DNA from: Protoeuglena noctilucae
Lineage: Eukaryota
Direction of reading: 5' to 3'
DNA: 64,000 nt
Assembly: GCA_958009085.1 (NCBI GenBank)
Contig: OY253670.1
Span: 620,001-684,000 of the forward strand
Each line of letters starts with the position of its first letter. Positions within the stretch are counted from its first letter, which is position 1. The notes beneath the pieces are model-generated. The model searched no databases and was not told the DNA's origin. It saw only the letters and a list, made by a program, of their open reading frames with translations. Shown here piece after piece: positions 62,222-64,000 of the stretch. The position numbers were made by a program, and so were the translations under genes.

Positions 62222-64000
62222 CTAACCCTCCTTCCATGCGGATTTCTTCTGCGGGCCGGGCAACAGCACGAAATTTCGATGAGGGACGAGTGCGGCTTTG
62301 TGCGCAGTGCCGCGGCTGATCCGAGCGGCCCCACTTGCCTGCGACGACCGCCCGAAGACCTGGGAGTAGTAGGAGTTGGCGGAGGTGAGCCCCGGCATGG
62401 GCGCCACGCCGGGCTGTCCCGGCCGCCCGGACGGGATCGCAGCCAGCTCCATGACCCTCTTCTTCATGTCCGACAGCATGTTGAGGAACGCGTCCCTCTC
62501 GCGCTCGTCCATCGCGGCGCCATCGTGAACGCTACTCTCCGCCGACCCGGGCCCTGCCGCCCTCCGGAACTCCTTGCAGATGTCGGGCACCAGTTGCTCC
62601 AGATGCTGCAAGAACCGCGAAGACGCAGGCATGTCGGCAAGCGTCCGGTCGCCTGCGCACGCGGGGGCTGAGGTTTTGGACGCGGGCGCGACTCGCCTCG
62701 ATCTGTTTGAGTGCTGCGTGGCCTTCGTCGAGGCTCCAGCGCCCCACGTCCCTGCGGCCCGCCGCGACGGCGTCCAGCAACGCTGTGCCAGCCCCCGCCC
62801 GGGCCACCTCCTCGCTGGGCCCAGGTCCGTCGGAGACCTTTGGCGCTGCCTTGATCATGGCAGAGAGCAGACTGTGCTGGGACCGCTGCGAGTTGGCTCC
62901 CTTCAGCGGGTCCGCTTCCCTGCCGACAGGATACAACGTGCCTGACCTCAGCCCCGCTCCAGCTCACTGCCACACGCGACGCAACGCCAAGCCATGGCCG
63001 ATCAGGTCGCCAGTCCCCACCTCAGCACCGCCAGACGCGCGTCCGCGATGCGGTCCATGTACGCCCTGCTCCCCGGGAACATCCGCATCATGTCCTCGAA
63101 GTCCGCCCTCCCCAGCTTGAACAGCTCGCACGGCTCCAGCGCATCGATGTCCGCCGCCCGCGGTGCGCTCTGCACACACAGCCACGACGCCGCCCTCAGG
63201 ACCGCCCTCTCTACCCCCCTGCCGCTCGCGTCGCCCCGGCCCCGACACCCCGGCCCCGCCCCCGCACGCGCCCCACCTTCAGCAGCGCGATCTCCCCAAA
63301 GTACGACCCCGTCCCTAGCACGCTCACGGGCCGCCCCCGAATCGACACCTGCACCAGCCCCATCTTGATAAAGTACATGTCCTCCCCCAGGTCCCCCATC
63401 TTGATGATCCGGTCCCCCGGCAGGTACACCTCCGGCTCCAGCTGCACCACAAGCCGAGCCGGGCACATGTGTCGGCCGTCGCAAGCCCTTGCTTCTCCAC
63501 CCCCCAGCCGCCGCGCCACTCTGCACGACCCTGCCCCGCTCACCTTCGTCACGATGGCGTTTACGAACCCCGGGTCCGCGTTCTGGAAAAACGGCACGCT
63601 CCCCACAATGTCCCGCGCGTTGTGCAGCGCCACCTCGTTCCTGTGGGCGCCAGCTGCCACACGCCATGTGTCACGTCTGCCGTCCGCGACTGATCGCGAC
63701 TGGGCCGTCAGCCCGCACCCTGGCTCCGTCTCTACGCCCCCAGCGACACCAGCTGCGCCGCCCTTGCCCCGCCCGCCTCGCTCGCCTCAGCGCCGTGGGC
63801 AGCATGTCCATCACGTCCTGCTCTTTCATGAACTTGCCGGCCGCCCACTTGAACTCGTAGTTCTCGCGGATGCGCGCCCGCAGGCTCAAAGGCAGGTTGC
63901 GCATCAGCATGTACTTGTTGAGCACCGCCAACTGTCTCCTGCAAGGCACGCCACCGTTTGGGAATGCCTCTTCCTCTGCCCAAAGCGATACCATGCGCCA
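62222..64000 (-). CDS. HCN-like channel, copy 3 (3' part only; C-linker, CNBD and tail; runs off the window)
   Basis: YMLMRNLPLSLRARIRENYEF..., CNBD nearly identical to copy 2, distinct tail READPLKGANSQ. Confidence 0.88.
63051..63913. repeat. Second copy of the 863-bp repeat
   Basis: Matches 59062-59924. Confidence 0.95.

Noticed and set aside
1..64000. Hundreds of long overlapping Arg/Pro/Gly-rich ORFs in the six-frame track
   Set aside because: Expected shadow ORFs in very GC-rich DNA; real exons are explained by spliced models
1..64000. Introner-like repeated introns, transposons, CRISPR arrays, tRNA/rRNA
   Set aside because: By eye, introns of unrelated genes share no extended similarity; no transposase, spacer array or RNA-gene structure recognised (not computed)
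1..64000. Stop-codon reassignment
   Set aside because: In-frame stops fall in introns; TAA, TAG and TGA all terminate conserved proteins normally

Overview
Gene-dense, very GC-rich, intron-rich eukaryotic nuclear DNA, most likely a green alga (inferred from a nucleus-encoded Ycf66, a plastid-type AKR and anthranilate synthase beta, a plant cysteine oxidase and an ABCI19-21-like ATPase). I spliced 24 protein-coding genes by hand, many arranged head-to-head. They are a membrane-anchored class I cNMP phosphodiesterase, SWC2/YL1, a TBC RabGAP, C9orf78, RPS23, AKR, DLST, MCU, a PI-PLC-like protein, PCO, an ENTH-ArfGAP fusion, TRAPPC4, an F-box/LRR protein, Ycf66, eIF3i, importin-11, TrpG, an ABCI ATPase, three tandem HCN-like channels and three orphans. 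Highlights: (1) 17 GC-AG introns out of roughly 130-140, with reciprocal GT/GC switching between paralogues; (2) an orphan protein built from strict 48-49-aa tandem repeats, visible only after splicing; (3) a tandem array of animal-type HCN-like channels with divergent filters and a near-identical ~860-bp tract shared by two copies; (4) an ENTH+ArfGAP fusion. I recognised no RNA genes, CRISPR arrays or transposons. Gene models are manual and several 5' ends are tentative.
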